A stretch of DNA of 64,000 nucleotides from Spirochaetia bacterium (GCA_965203515.1 OZ241907.1:3104001-3168000); one strand, 5' to 3'. Positions 37,288 to 51,784 are shown, counted from the first letter of the stretch. The notes: generated by a model not told the origin, from the letters alone. Made by a program: numbers and translations.

Positions 37288-37890
37288 TCAGACCGTCGTG
37301 CGGCCGTTCAGCGCGCGGGCCAGCGTGAGGCGGTCGGCGTACTCCAGGTCGCCGCCGACCGGCAGGCCCATGGCGAGCTGCGTGACGGTCAGCTCGGCGC
37401 CCGGCCGGCAGGCCGCCTGCAGGCGGTCGCGCAGGAACAGCGCCGTGGTCTCCCCTTCGACCGTCGGGTTGGTGGCCAGGATCACCTCGCCCACGCCGTG
37501 CTCGCGCACGCGGCGGATCAGGTCGTCGATGGTCAGGTCGGACGGCCTCACGCCGTCGACCGGCGAGATCGCCCCGCCCAGCACGTGATAGAGACCGCGG
37601 TACGACTGCGTCGACTCGATGGTGATGACGTCGCGCGACTCCTCGACCACGCAGATCGTGTCCGTGTCCCGCGTCGGATCGGCGCAGTAGGCGCACAGAT
37701 CGGCCTCTGCGTAGACGCCGCAGCGGCTGCAGGGGCGCGTGTCGCGCTTGAGGGCGATCAGGTCACGAGCCAGCGACTCGACGAACTCGACCTTCGCCCC
37801 CAGCAGGAAGTAGACGAGCCGGGCGGCGCTCTTGCGGCCCAGTCCGGGCAGGCGCGAGAAGCCGTTCACCAAGCGGTCGAGCGTCTGCAT
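37288..37890 (-). CDS. recR: Recombination mediator RecR
   Basis: LPGLG.KSA.R, C4 zinc finger, ICVVE, YHVL.G.ISP, ATNPTVEGE.TA. Confidence 0.97.
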   Translation of the reverse strand: MQTLDRLVNGFSRLPGLGRKSAARLVYFLLGAKVEFVESLARDLIALKRDTRPCSRCGVYAEADLCAYCADPTRDTDTICVVEESRDVITIESTQSYRGLYHVLGGAISPVDGVRPSDLTIDDLIRRVREHGVGEVILATNPTVEGETTALFLRDRLQAACRPGAELTVTQLAMGLPVGGDLEYADRLTLARALNGRTTV

Positions 37891-37901
37891 CGGAGCGGGT
37901 C

Positions 37902-38216
37902 TCAGACGCCCGGAAATCCCGGCGGCAGGTTGAGCCCGCCGCCGACCTGCTGCTTGAACGCCTCCCGGACCTTTCGCATCGCGTCGCCCACGGCCGCCGC
38001 GATCAGGTCCTCCAGCACCGACCGCTCCTGCGGATCGACCACGACCGGATCGAGCGTCACCTTCACCGTCTCCATGCTGCCGGAGATCTCTATCTGCACC
38101 ATGTCGCCGCCGGCCGTGCCGGTCACCCGCACGTCCTTCATCTTGTCCTGCATCTCCGCCACGTGCTTCTGCGCACGGGTGAGCATCTTCATAAGATCAA
38201 ACGGGTTGTTCGCCAT
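37902..38216 (-). CDS. ybaB: YbaB/EbfC nucleoid-associated protein
   Basis: G.AGG.MV, LEDLI.AA; lies between dnaX and recR. Confidence 0.94.
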   Translation of the reverse strand: MANNPFDLMKMLTRAQKHVAEMQDKMKDVRVTGTAGGDMVQIEISGSMETVKVTLDPVVVDPQERSVLEDLIAAAVGDAMRKVREAFKQQVGGGLNLPPGFPGV

Positions 38217-38222
38217 TCTCGG

Positions 38223-39845
38223 TCAGCCTCCGTCCTGCACGATCTCGCCGCGGAAGACGCTTCGGATCATCTCTACGCCCGGCGCCGCGGCGTCCTCCCG
38301 ACCGTCCTTGCCGGCGCGGTCGGATTCCAGTTGTACGTCGACCGCCCCCGGTCCGGCGAGCCCGAACGCCGCCGCGATCTCCGCGGTCTGCTGTCGTACC
38401 GCGTCCACCGCGTATCGGTCCTGCTTGCGGAACGTCACGCGCACCCCATCCCCGCTCCGCTCGATCGACGCCGCCCGCTCCAGTGCGGAGGCGACCGGCG
38501 GCCGGCGCTGGCGCAGGACGGCGATCGCCGCCCGGGTCGGATCGCCGGCATCGCCCGGATCGCCCGCGCCATCGACCGCCGCGGGCGCTTCCGCGGCCGC
38601 ATCCCCGGCCGGCGCCGAGGCGGGCGAGCGGGGCGGGGCGGCTGCCTTGGGCGCGCCGGCGGCGGGTGCGGGAACGCCCAAGGCGGCTTGCAGCTCGCGC
38701 AGCCGTTCCAGCACCTCGGCCGGCGTGATCAGGCGGTCGAGCTCGGCCAGACGGCTGAGCGCCAACTCCACTTCACACCGCTCGTTCAGCGCTCCCTTGA
38801 GGTTGCGCTGGGCGGCCAGCAGCAGCTCGACCGCCTTTTCGGCCTGCTCGACGCTGAGCGCCTGCAGCACCTCCTGGGGAAACGCCGAAGCGGGCGCCGA
38901 CAACCAGGCGTGGCGATTCAGGCCGTGCCGGATGAACAGCACGCTGCGGAAGTATTCGACCAGCTCCGCCAGAAAGTGATCGACCGCCACCCCTCTGGCC
39001 AGGGATCGGTCGAAGGCGGTGAGCGTTGCCGGCACGTCGCGGCGGGCGACCGCCAGCGCGACGCCGTTCAGGTCGTCGAACCCGATCAGGCCGATGCTGT
39101 CGCGCAGCCCCTCCAGGGTCACGCTGGCCGCCTCCGCGCCGCGGGCGCCCTCCGCGCCGCGGGCGCCGGCGATCACCTGGTCCAGGATCATGAACGCGTC
39201 GCGCAGCGATCCCGCCGACTGGCGCGCGATCCAGTGCAGGGCGTCGTCGTCGATCGACGCGCCCAGCTCGGCCGCCGCGTCGCGCAGGCAGGCGGCGATC
39301 CGGTCGTGGCCGATCAGGCTGAACGCGAAGTGCTGGCAGCGCGAGCGTACCGTCGCCGGCACCTTGTGCGGCTCGGTGGTGGCGAACACGAAGGTGACGT
39401 ACGGCGGCGGCTCCTCGATCGTCTTCAGCAGCGCGTTGAATGCCGACGTCGACAGCATGTGCACCTCGTCGATGATGTAGACCTTGGTGCGGGCGGAACC
39501 GGGCGGGAAGACCACCTGATTGCGCAACTCGCGCACGTCGTCGACCCCGGTGTGGGAGGCGCCGTCGATCTCCACCACGTCGAGCGACTGCGCGCGGGCG
39601 ATCTCCGTGCACGGCCCGCACGTCCCGCAGGGTGAATCGGTCGGACCGCGCTCGCAGTTCAGCGCCTTGGCCAGGATGCGCGCCGCCGACGTCTTGCCGA
39701 CGCCGCGCGGGCCGGAGAACAGAAAGGTCTGCGCGATCTTGCCCGAGCGCAGCTCGCTCTGCAGCGTCTGCACCACGTACTCCTGGCCCATCAGCTCGGT
39801 GAAAACCTGCGGCCGGCGGCGGGAGGCCGTGACTTCGTAAGCCAT
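38223..39845 (-). CDS. dnaX: DNA polymerase III subunit gamma/tau
   Basis: GPRGVGKTS, EIDGAS, IIDEVHMLS..AFNALLKTIEEPP, SRC, GSLRDA. Confidence 0.97.
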   Translation of the reverse strand: MAYEVTASRRRPQVFTELMGQEYVVQTLQSELRSGKIAQTFLFSGPRGVGKTSAARILAKALNCERGPTDSPCGTCGPCTEIARAQSLDVVEIDGASHTGVDDVRELRNQVVFPPGSARTKVYIIDEVHMLSTSAFNALLKTIEEPPPYVTFVFATTEPHKVPATVRSRCQHFAFSLIGHDRIAACLRDAAAELGASIDDDALHWIARQSAGSLRDAFMILDQVIAGARGAEGARGAEAASVTLEGLRDSIGLIGFDDLNGVALAVARRDVPATLTAFDRSLARGVAVDHFLAELVEYFRSVLFIRHGLNRHAWLSAPASAFPQEVLQALSVEQAEKAVELLLAAQRNLKGALNERCEVELALSRLAELDRLITPAEVLERLRELQAALGVPAPAAGAPKAAAPPRSPASAPAGDAAAEAPAAVDGAGDPGDAGDPTRAAIAVLRQRRPPVASALERAASIERSGDGVRVTFRKQDRYAVDAVRQQTAEIAAAFGLAGPGAVDVQLESDRAGKDGREDAAAPGVEMIRSVFRGEIVQDGG

Positions 39846-39880
39846 TCCCGTACAGTCTACACCGTCACGAGATGATAAAG

Positions 39881-40005
39881 GGCCCCTCGGCGCTGCCAAG
39901 CGTGCTGCGGCTCCCGAATCGGTCGCTTACCGCTGCTACCTTCCGGTCCTGACGGGGTTGGGCGGCGACCCGTAGCACAGTGCCCGGCAGCGGACCCGAG
40001 GGGCC
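39881..40005 (-). ncRNA. ffs: Signal recognition particle RNA (small, 4.5S type)
   Basis: Helix-8 motif CAGGACCGGAAGGTAGCAGC; closing stem GGCCCCTCGG/CCGAGGGGCC; upstream of dnaX. Confidence 0.92.
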
Positions 40006-40012
40006 GCCATTT

Positions 40013-40101
40013 CGGAGAGAGTGGGATTCGAACCCACGGTGCCCCGGTAAGGGCACACACGCTTTCCAAGCGTGCACCTTCGGCCTCTCGGTCACCTCTC
40101 C
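40013..40101 (-). tRNA. tRNA-Ser (GGA)
   Basis: CACGC-TTGGAAA-GCGTG, long variable arm, TTCGAAT. Confidence 0.96.
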
Positions 40102-40163
40102 CGGCCATCGGTCACGTACGGCCGCGGCGGCGGGCGCCGCCAGCGGAGCGCCCGCCGCCCGAG

Positions 40164-40252
40164 CGGAGAGAGTGGGATTCGAACCCACGGAGCCACCGCA
40201 GCGGCTCAACGGATTTCGAGTCCGCCCGATTCAACCGCTCTCGCATCTCTCC
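40164..40252 (-). tRNA. tRNA-Ser (CGA)
   Basis: GCGGA-CTCGAAA-TCCGT, long variable arm. Confidence 0.96.
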
Positions 40253-40255
40253 GTC

Positions 40256-40329
40256 CGTGCCCAAGAGGACTCGAACCTCCGACCTCTAGATCCGCAATCT
40301 AGCGCTCTATCCGGCTGAGCTATGGGCAC
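40256..40329 (-). tRNA. tRNA-Arg (GCG)
   Basis: Acceptor GTGCCCA/TGGGCAC; CTAGA-TTGCGGA-TCTAG. Confidence 0.95.
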
Positions 40330-40340
40330 TCAGTCGTCTT

Positions 40341-40427
<87 letters not shown>

Positions 40428-40453
40428 TGAGCGGCTGCGCGCCAGCCGCAGTG

Positions 40454-40539
40454 CGGAGAGGGTGGGATTCGAACCCACGGAGCCACCAAGGCTCAACGGT
40501 TTTCAAGACCGTCTCCTTCGACCACTCGGACACCTCTCC
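40454..40539 (-). tRNA. tRNA-Ser (TGA)
   Basis: ACGGT-CTTGAAA-ACCGT, long variable arm. Confidence 0.96.
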
Positions 40540-40563
40540 GATCCTCCAGGAACCGAAGACAAG

Positions 40564-40593
40564 ACTATAGCGAGTTGGCGGCCGCCTTGTCAA
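40564..40593 (-). promoter_or_regulatory. Sigma70 promoter of the tRNA/ffs cluster
   Basis: TTGACA-N18-TATAGT on the minus strand, 24 bp upstream of tRNA-Ser(TGA). Confidence 0.8.
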
Positions 40594-40643
40594 ACGCGCG
40601 GCGGCCGGTGCGCCGCCGGCCGCCGCCGTGCTATGATGACGGC

Positions 40644-41105
40644 GTGGTGAACGTGGAGCGTAGCGGCGAGGAGGTGAAACCCCGGAAGCGGCGGTCCGTC
40701 AAGAAAGCCGAACAGCGGCTTGCCGGCGGCGTCGCCTGCACCTTCGCGTTCGGCGCGCTCTGGGCCGTCACCGGCGCCTGGTTCTGGCTCTTTCCGCTGG
40801 CGTTTCTGGGCCTGGGGCCGATCATCGAAGGCGCGCTCTCCCTCAAGCGGATGCGCTCCGCGCGCATGAGCGAGCTGCCCAAGGGGCCGGACCCGGAGCA
40901 CGAGGTGCTCCGCATCGCCCGCGCGCAACGCGGCCGGATCACCGCTTCCGTGGTCGCCGTCGAATCGTCGCTGTCGATCGCGGAGGCGGAGCGGGTGCTC
41001 GACGGGATGGCACGGAACGGACATGCCACCCTCGCGGTCACCGACGACGGCCGCGTGGAGTACGAGTTCCGTGAATTCCTCCCGCCCCCTGCGCCGCCGC
41101 CGTAG
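40644..41105 (+). CDS. Hypothetical two-TM membrane protein with wHTH-like C-terminus
   Basis: Two hydrophobic segments, then VLRIA...GRITA..VA....LS..EAE..L....G....YEF. Confidence 0.75.
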   Translation: MVNVERSGEEVKPRKRRSVKKAEQRLAGGVACTFAFGALWAVTGAWFWLFPLAFLGLGPIIEGALSLKRMRSARMSELPKGPDPEHEVLRIARAQRGRITASVVAVESSLSIAEAERVLDGMARNGHATLAVTDDGRVEYEFREFLPPPAPPP

Positions 41106-41241
41106 CGGCGCGCACGCCGCCCCGGGGCGGGCCGGCGGGGAAACGTCCAAGTCCATGTTCGGTTTCGGTTTACTTTTCTTTGGCATCATCTTAAGCTATA
41201 GTCGCCTACCGGCCGAAACAGAGACCAGACGGCTCTCGTAG

Positions 41242-43167
<1,926 letters not shown>

Positions 43168-43262
43168 CGCGCGCTTCTGCGCCCGCTCTTTGAGGGCGGG
43201 CGACGGTGCGGCCCCGTCAGGCGGCGCCGCACCGGCATAGACCATCGATCGGGGGAGGGCAC

Positions 43263-45749
<2,487 letters not shown>

Positions 45750-45762
45750 CCGGCTGCGGCGA

Positions 45763-45778
45763 TGTTCCACGTGAAACA
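45763..45778. promoter_or_regulatory. parS site
   Basis: TGTTCCACGTGAAACA, one mismatch to the canonical palindrome. Confidence 0.9.
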
Positions 45779-46044
45779 TCGCCGCTCCGCGCTACTGGTA
45801 CACGTCGTTACCGCCGGTGGACAACACGGCGGTGCCGGCCGCCGTGGTCCGATGTGGGGGTGCCGAGCCGGGCCACGCAGGCGTGGGCGACCGGCTCGGT
45901 CATCCTCGGGATGCTCGCGCTGGTCGTCAGGAGACGATGCGCCGCTCTGCGGCTCACGCCAGACGAGCTTCGGCGCCGCCGCCGCGACCGAGACAGCGAG
46001 TCAGACGACCGTCAGGGCGGCCGCGAGTAACAGCGGCTGCCGGA

Positions 46045-46335
46045 CTACGTGCGGTCGGCGTCCGGCAGCCGGATCACCTCGGCCTCGGACGGTGGCTCGC
46101 CGGTGCTCAAGCCCTCGATCCACACCGGCCGATCCATGTCCGGCTGGCCGTCGTCCCTGATGTGGTAGAACCGGGAGATGCCGACGCCGACGTCGGCGAC
46201 CCGTCGGCCGTTCGGCAGGATGACCTGCAGGTCGTACTGGGCAGGCGGCAGGTGCTCCAGGATCTCTGCGACGGAGCGGCGCCGATAGGGCCGCCCCGAG
46301 TAGTCGGTGTCTACAGCCTGTTCCTGGTCAGCCAT
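46045..46335 (-). CDS. Hypothetical protein
   Basis: 96-aa ORF with GC3 bias; no motif recognised. Confidence 0.5.
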   Translation of the reverse strand: MADQEQAVDTDYSGRPYRRRSVAEILEHLPPAQYDLQVILPNGRRVADVGVGISRFYHIRDDGQPDMDRPVWIEGLSTGEPPSEAEVIRLPDADRT

Positions 46336-46479
46336 CCTCGTTGCTCGAACAGGTTATCGAACTTGTGTATCAGCGGCAAGAAGTCGGCGTACGGCCACTG
46401 CTGCTCGCTGTCGGCCGAGGCGAGCATCCGGTCGATGCCGTCGATCAGATCGTCCCGCCGCCGCCCGGTGCTGAAAGAT

Positions 46480-47811
46480 GGGGCTTCCGGGTTTCGTGTG
46501 GGTAGGGCGCCCTGACGGTGGCGGTGGCACCGCCAGCAAGGCTACGCTGGCGCCATGCGTGACAAGGAACTGTACGGCAGGATTCTGGGCGTCGAGGCAC
46601 CGTGGCGAGTGGCCGACGTCGAACTGAACCTTCAGCAGGGCGAGATCGTGGTCCACGTCGAGCACGGCGGACCGCTCACCTGCCCGCACTGCGGCCAAGC
46701 CGCGCGCCGCTACGACAGCCGTCAACGGCGGTGGCGCCATCTGGACACCTGCCAGTACCGCACCGTTCTGGCTGCCGACGTACCGCGGTCTCAGTGCCGG
46801 CAGCACGGCGTCAAGCAGATCGAGGTGCCGTGGAGCGAAGGCCGCTCGCGGCTGACCGCGCTGTGCGAGGCGGTCGTGATCGACTGGCTGCAGCACGCCA
46901 CGATCGCGGCGGTGGCGCAGCAGATGCGGCTCAGCTGGGACGAGGTCGACGGAGTGATGCAGCGCGCGGTGCACCGCGGCTTACAACGGCGTGCGGCGCA
47001 GCTGCCGCCGCGGATCGGCGTGGACGAGACGTCGTTTCAGAAGCGCCATGAGTACGTGACGGTGATCAACGATCTGGACGGGCACGTCGTGCACGTGGCC
47101 GATGGCCGCCGCAAGGAGGTGTTGGAGGAGTTCTACCAGCAGTTTGATCCTGAGCAGTTGGCTGGCGTCGAGACGGTCGCCATGGACATGTGGGAGCCGT
47201 ACATCATCGCGACCGCCGCCTACGTGCCGGACGCGGAGCTCAAGATCGCGTTCGACAAGTTCCACGTCGCCCGGCACCTCGGCAACGCCGTTGACCAGGT
47301 ACGGCGAGCCGAGAGCCGCCGGCTGGCCGGCAGCGGTGATGATCGGCTGAAGGGCAGCCGCTATGCGTGGCTGACCAACCCCGAGCACATGGATGCCGAG
47401 CGTTGGCGGCAGTTCGCTGACTTGCGGGACAGCGCGCTGCAGACCGCGCGCGCCTGGGGCTACAAGGAACATGCGATGACGCTGTGGAAGTACCGCTCTC
47501 GCGGGTGGGCGCGCAAGGCGTGGCAGGCGTGGTACCGGTCGGCGATCCGGTGTCGTCTGGAGCCGGTCAAGCGGGTAGCGCGGATGGTCAAGCGTCATCT
47601 GGAAGGGATCGTGACGGCGGTGGTGCAGGGGGTGAGCAACGCGCGGGCGGAGTCGATCAACGCGGGGGTGCAGAGGTTGAAGTACGCAGCGCGCGGCTTT
47701 CGCAACCGGCAGAGGTTCCGCAACGCCATCTACTTTCACCTCGGCGGTCTTGACCTCTACCCCGCCAGTGTCGGCCGTGACCACCTCGTCCACACGAAAG
47801 CCTGAAGACCC
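46480..47811 (+). mobile_element. ISL3-family insertion sequence, copy 2 (1332 bp)
   Basis: Same IRs as copy 1; 8-bp TSD TGAAAGAT at 46472-46479 and 47812-47819. Confidence 0.96.
46555..47805 (+). CDS. ISL3-family transposase
   Basis: Translation identical to 22265-23515. Confidence 0.96.
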   Translation: MRDKELYGRILGVEAPWRVADVELNLQQGEIVVHVEHGGPLTCPHCGQAARRYDSRQRRWRHLDTCQYRTVLAADVPRSQCRQHGVKQIEVPWSEGRSRLTALCEAVVIDWLQHATIAAVAQQMRLSWDEVDGVMQRAVHRGLQRRAAQLPPRIGVDETSFQKRHEYVTVINDLDGHVVHVADGRRKEVLEEFYQQFDPEQLAGVETVAMDMWEPYIIATAAYVPDAELKIAFDKFHVARHLGNAVDQVRRAESRRLAGSGDDRLKGSRYAWLTNPEHMDAERWRQFADLRDSALQTARAWGYKEHAMTLWKYRSRGWARKAWQAWYRSAIRCRLEPVKRVARMVKRHLEGIVTAVVQGVSNARAESINAGVQRLKYAARGFRNRQRFRNAIYFHLGGLDLYPASVGRDHLVHTKA

Positions 47812-48259
47812 TGAAAGATAACGGTCGGGGCCGAGGTGTAGCCGCGGCCCGGGTTGGTGAGCACTACCGAGTCGACGTGGTCGCGCATGACGGCGGTGCC
47901 GGTCGCGGTGGTGCCGCCATGGAGCGTTTCCGCCTGCAGCAGCCGATCTGACGACAAGGTGTTGGGGGTCGATCTCGATTCCCGACATTCGGGAGCAGTT
48001 TCGACGTGCATAGGAACCGCTAGCGATCCCGACGAACCGATAGCGGGCACGGCGCGAGCCCGGTGACCAGGTGTTGTGGTGGGTGGCCGGCGCGCTGGCC
48101 GATTCCGGCGCAGGCGAGCGCGTCGAATCGACGCGCCGTCCGCCCTTCCGAACGGGCACGCCCGTTGGCGACAGCCGCTGCTCCGATTCCCCGCCGGTTC
48201 CTACCACGACCCGAAGGGCCGATCGCACGACCGGCGAGCCGAACCGGCAGCCGGCCATC

Positions 48260-48275
48260 TGTTTCACGTGAAACA
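48260..48275. promoter_or_regulatory. parS site
   Basis: Perfect TGTTTCACGTGAAACA upstream of parA. Confidence 0.95.
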
Positions 48276-48358
48276 TCCGGCCCGGGGCGCACGCCGCCGG
48301 CTGCGTCGGGCGGCGGGTTGCCCGGGAGGCCGCGCACCGGTTATGCTGTCCGCGCCGT

Positions 48359-49111
48359 ATGGGTCGTCGTTTCGCCTTTGCCAACCAGAAGGGCGGAGTC
48401 GGCAAGACCACTACGGCGGTCAACCTGGGCGCCTATCTGGCGCTTGCCGGCCGCCGGGTGCTGGTGGTCGACTTCGATCCGCAGGCAAACGCCACCAGCA
48501 GCGTCGGCTTGGCCGGCGCTCCGTCGATCTATCAGGCCGTGATCGGCGCGGCCGACCTGTCGGACGTGATCCTGCCGACCTGCATCCCCGGACTGTCGAT
48601 CGCCCCCGGCGGCATCGAGCTGAGCGGCGCGTCGGTCGAGCTGGCCAACGTGCGCGGCCGCGAGGCGTTCCTGAAACGGGTGCTGAAGGGCGCCACCGCG
48701 CCGTTCGACGACGTTCTGATCGACTGCCCGCCGTCGCTGGGACTGCTGACGATCAACGCCCTGGTAGCCGCCACTCACGTCGTCATCCCCTTGCAGTGCG
48801 AGTATCTCGCCCTGGAAGGTCTGGCCATGCTGCTTCACACGATCGAGCGCGTCCAGCGCCGCCACAACCGCAAGCTCAGCGTCGGCGGCATCGTCTTCAC
48901 CATGTACGACGGCCGCACCCGCTTGACCCATGAAGTGGTTCGGGAGGTGACCGGCTACTTCCAGGACCGGGTGTTCCGCACCGTGATCCCGCGCAACGTC
49001 CGCCTGGCAGAGGCGCCGTCCCATGCGTTGCCGATCTGCCAGTACGATCCGTCGAGCATCGGCGCCCGGAGCTATCGACAGCTCGCCGAGGAGTTCGTCG
49101 ACCGTGTCTAA
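48359..49111 (+). CDS. parA: Chromosome partitioning ATPase ParA/Soj
   Basis: NQKGGVGKTTT, D.DPQAN, IDCPPSLG, PLQCEY.ALEG, IPRNVRLAEAPS. Confidence 0.97.
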   Translation: MGRRFAFANQKGGVGKTTTAVNLGAYLALAGRRVLVVDFDPQANATSSVGLAGAPSIYQAVIGAADLSDVILPTCIPGLSIAPGGIELSGASVELANVRGREAFLKRVLKGATAPFDDVLIDCPPSLGLLTINALVAATHVVIPLQCEYLALEGLAMLLHTIERVQRRHNRKLSVGGIVFTMYDGRTRLTHEVVREVTGYFQDRVFRTVIPRNVRLAEAPSHALPICQYDPSSIGARSYRQLAEEFVDRV

Positions 49112-50033
49112 ACGATCGCGCACGCAACGCCGCGCCCTCGGCCGCGGCATGGACGCCGTGCTCGGCCGCGGCGTGGACGCCGTGCTCGGCGACGACACCG
49201 CGTCTGACCAGCCGCACGAACTGCCGATCGAAGCGCTCTCCCCGAACCCCGATCAACCGCGCCGCCGGTTCAGCGACGAGCAACTCAAGGAGCTTGCGGA
49301 TTCCATCGCCACGCACGGCGTGCTGCTGCCGGTAGTGGTGCAACCCGCCGGCGACCGCTATCGCATCATCGCCGGCGAGCGGCGCTTCCGGGCGGCCCGT
49401 CTTGCCGGCCTGTCGACCATCCCGGCCGTCGTACGACCGACCACGGGACCCGAACACCTGGAATTGGCGCTTGTCGAAAATCTGCAGCGTTCCGATCTCA
49501 ATCCGGTCGAGGAGGCCCGCGGCTACCGCCGACTCATGGAGCTCGGCGGTCACACCCAGGATCAGGTAGCGCAGCGCGTCGGCAAGAGCCGCGTCGCCGT
49601 GACCAATGCCCTGCGCCTCCTCAAACTGCCCGACGACATGGTAGCCGCCGTCGAGCACGGCGAGATCACCGCCGGACACGGCCGGGCGCTGCTGGCCGTC
49701 CCCGGCGATTCGGCCCGCAGGGCGCTGTTCGACCGTATCGCCGCCGAAGGGCTCTCCGTGCGCGCTACCGAGACCGCCGCTCACCGTCAGCCCCCCGCAC
49801 CCGCGACCGGTAAAGACGACATCCGCCCACCCGCTTCCGCCGCCATGGACCCGGAATTGGCCGCCCTCCAACAGCGGCTGATCGACGCGCTCGGCACCAA
49901 GGTCGACGTCCGCGGCTCGGCGCGCCGCGGGCGGATCGCGGTCAGCTACTATTCCACCGATGACCTGGAACGCATCTGCGAGCGCATCACCGGCGTCCCC
50001 ACCGCCGACGCGGATCCGTCTGCCCCGCTCTGA
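49104..50033 (+). CDS. parB: Chromosome partitioning protein ParB/Spo0J
   Basis: LGRG, NP.QPR..F, IIAGERRFRA, EN.QR.DLNP.EEA, GKSR..V.N.LRLL; GTG overlaps the parA end. Confidence 0.96.
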   Translation: MSKRSRTQRRALGRGMDAVLGRGVDAVLGDDTASDQPHELPIEALSPNPDQPRRRFSDEQLKELADSIATHGVLLPVVVQPAGDRYRIIAGERRFRAARLAGLSTIPAVVRPTTGPEHLELALVENLQRSDLNPVEEARGYRRLMELGGHTQDQVAQRVGKSRVAVTNALRLLKLPDDMVAAVEHGEITAGHGRALLAVPGDSARRALFDRIAAEGLSVRATETAAHRQPPAPATGKDDIRPPASAAMDPELAALQQRLIDALGTKVDVRGSARRGRIAVSYYSTDDLERICERITGVPTADADPSAPL

Positions 50034-50159
50034 CGGTCTCCGCCGGCATCAGACCTCCACGCCGACGGCGGGGCAGATAGCCGGAGAGCCTCTGAAACGG
50101 TCTCCCGGGCGCCGCTTGCACCATCCTTGACGGTGCGCTACACTGAATTCGAACCGCCC

Positions 50160-50403
50160 GTTGATAACCTGTGTATAAATACTGAATAGAGAGTCGCAAA
50201 AGCATGACTCTCAACATGTATCGAAACCATCGTCTGAGCGTGATACGGGACCCGATCGAACGACGCGAACAGTTATCGATGTGATAATGATCTACAGATC
50301 AACACCCGTTCTGTTGCCCCGGCTCTCGTCGCCCTCGTGGCACCGCTCCCGCCCAAGCCGATCGCCGGCTTGTCCAACGCCGATGTTCATATCCTGTGGA
50401 TAA
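50160..50403. promoter_or_regulatory. dnaA upstream region with DnaA boxes
   Basis: TGTGTATAA at 50170-50178 and TGTGGATAA at 50395-50403; AT-rich relative to the flanks. Confidence 0.75.
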
Positions 50404-50404
50404 C

Positions 50405-51784
50405 ATGAGAATCGACACCCCTTCAGGGGACTACGAACCGTTCTGGAGCGAAGCCGTAGCCCATCTTCGCTCGGAGATCACCGAGCAGGAGTACCACACG
50501 TGGTTCTCCCGCATGTCCTACGCCGGCGCCGACGACTCGCAGGTGCGCCTGCACGTCCCGTCCTCCTTCTACCGCGACCAGATCGCCCAGCGGTATCGCT
50601 CGAAACTCGAAGAATCGCTGTTCGAGCTGTCCGGCCAACCCCTGCGGCTGGCCTTCGAGATCAGACGGACCAACGGCGCGACCGTCCCCACCGCCGACCC
50701 GGAGAACCTCCCGCCCCCGACGGCAGCGACCACCGCGCCTCGTCCGCAACGACCGCGCCACGCGCAACTCAACGAGGAGTACCGTTTCTCACGATTCGTC
50801 GAAGGCGAAGGAAACTCGTTCGCCCTGGCCGCCGCGATCGCCATCGCCAAGAGCCCTGGCCGCGAATACAACCCCTGCATGATCTACGGCGGCGTCGGAC
50901 TCGGCAAGACCCACCTGCTGCAGGCGATCGGCAACGAAGTCTACCAGGAGTACCGGGACCTCCGGGTCGTATACGTCACCGTCGAGACCTTCACCACCGA
51001 GTTCATCCAATCGATACGGGACAAGACCGTCCACCGTTTCAAGAACCGCTACCGCTCGACCGACGTGCTGTTGATCGACGACGTACAGTTCCTGCAGGGC
51101 AAGACCGAAACCCAGCAGGAGCTGTTCCATACCTTCAACGCGCTCTATGACTCCGGCAAGCAGATGGTGTTCTCCAGCGATCGACCGGTGACCGAACTGA
51201 AGAGTCTCCCCGACCGCCTCATCAACCGGTTCGAGCGCGGCCTCAACATCGACCTGCAGCCGCCCGACTACGAGACCCGCATCGCCATCCTGACCCAGAA
51301 GGTCGACGAGAGCGGCGTCGCCGTACCGTCCGACGTGATCGAGATGATCTGCCGAAACATCGAGAGCAATGTTCGCGACCTGGAAAAGGCCCTCACCAAG
51401 CTCACCGCCTACTCGAACCTGGTCAACCGCACCATCACCCTCGACGTCGCCTCCCGAGAGCTCAGAGAGTTCTTCGTCACCCCGTTCAACATCGCCGTCG
51501 ACACCATCCAGCGCGTCACCGCCGAGCACTACGGGCTCAGCCTGAACGATCTGAAGGGCAAGAAGCGCACCAAGGCGATCGCGTTTCCCAGACAACTCGC
51601 CATGTACATCACCCGCGAAGTCACCGAGCTGTCCACTACCGAGATAGGACTGGAGTTCGGCGGCCGCGACCACACGACGGTCATGCACGCGTGTCAGCGC
51701 GTCGCCGAGCGCAAACGCACCGATTCCTCGCTCGATCCGCTCATCAAGCATCTCACCCACATGATCACGCAGCGGTCCCGATGA
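50405..51784 (+). CDS. dnaA: Chromosomal replication initiator DnaA
   Basis: YNP..IYGGVGLGKTHL, LLIDDVQF, FH.FN.L, NVRDLE, FGGRDHTTVMHA. Start is 50405 (ATG) or 50396 (GTG). Confidence 0.98.
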   Translation: MRIDTPSGDYEPFWSEAVAHLRSEITEQEYHTWFSRMSYAGADDSQVRLHVPSSFYRDQIAQRYRSKLEESLFELSGQPLRLAFEIRRTNGATVPTADPENLPPPTAATTAPRPQRPRHAQLNEEYRFSRFVEGEGNSFALAAAIAIAKSPGREYNPCMIYGGVGLGKTHLLQAIGNEVYQEYRDLRVVYVTVETFTTEFIQSIRDKTVHRFKNRYRSTDVLLIDDVQFLQGKTETQQELFHTFNALYDSGKQMVFSSDRPVTELKSLPDRLINRFERGLNIDLQPPDYETRIAILTQKVDESGVAVPSDVIEMICRNIESNVRDLEKALTKLTAYSNLVNRTITLDVASRELREFFVTPFNIAVDTIQRVTAEHYGLSLNDLKGKKRTKAIAFPRQLAMYITREVTELSTTEIGLEFGGRDHTTVMHACQRVAERKRTDSSLDPLIKHLTHMITQRSR

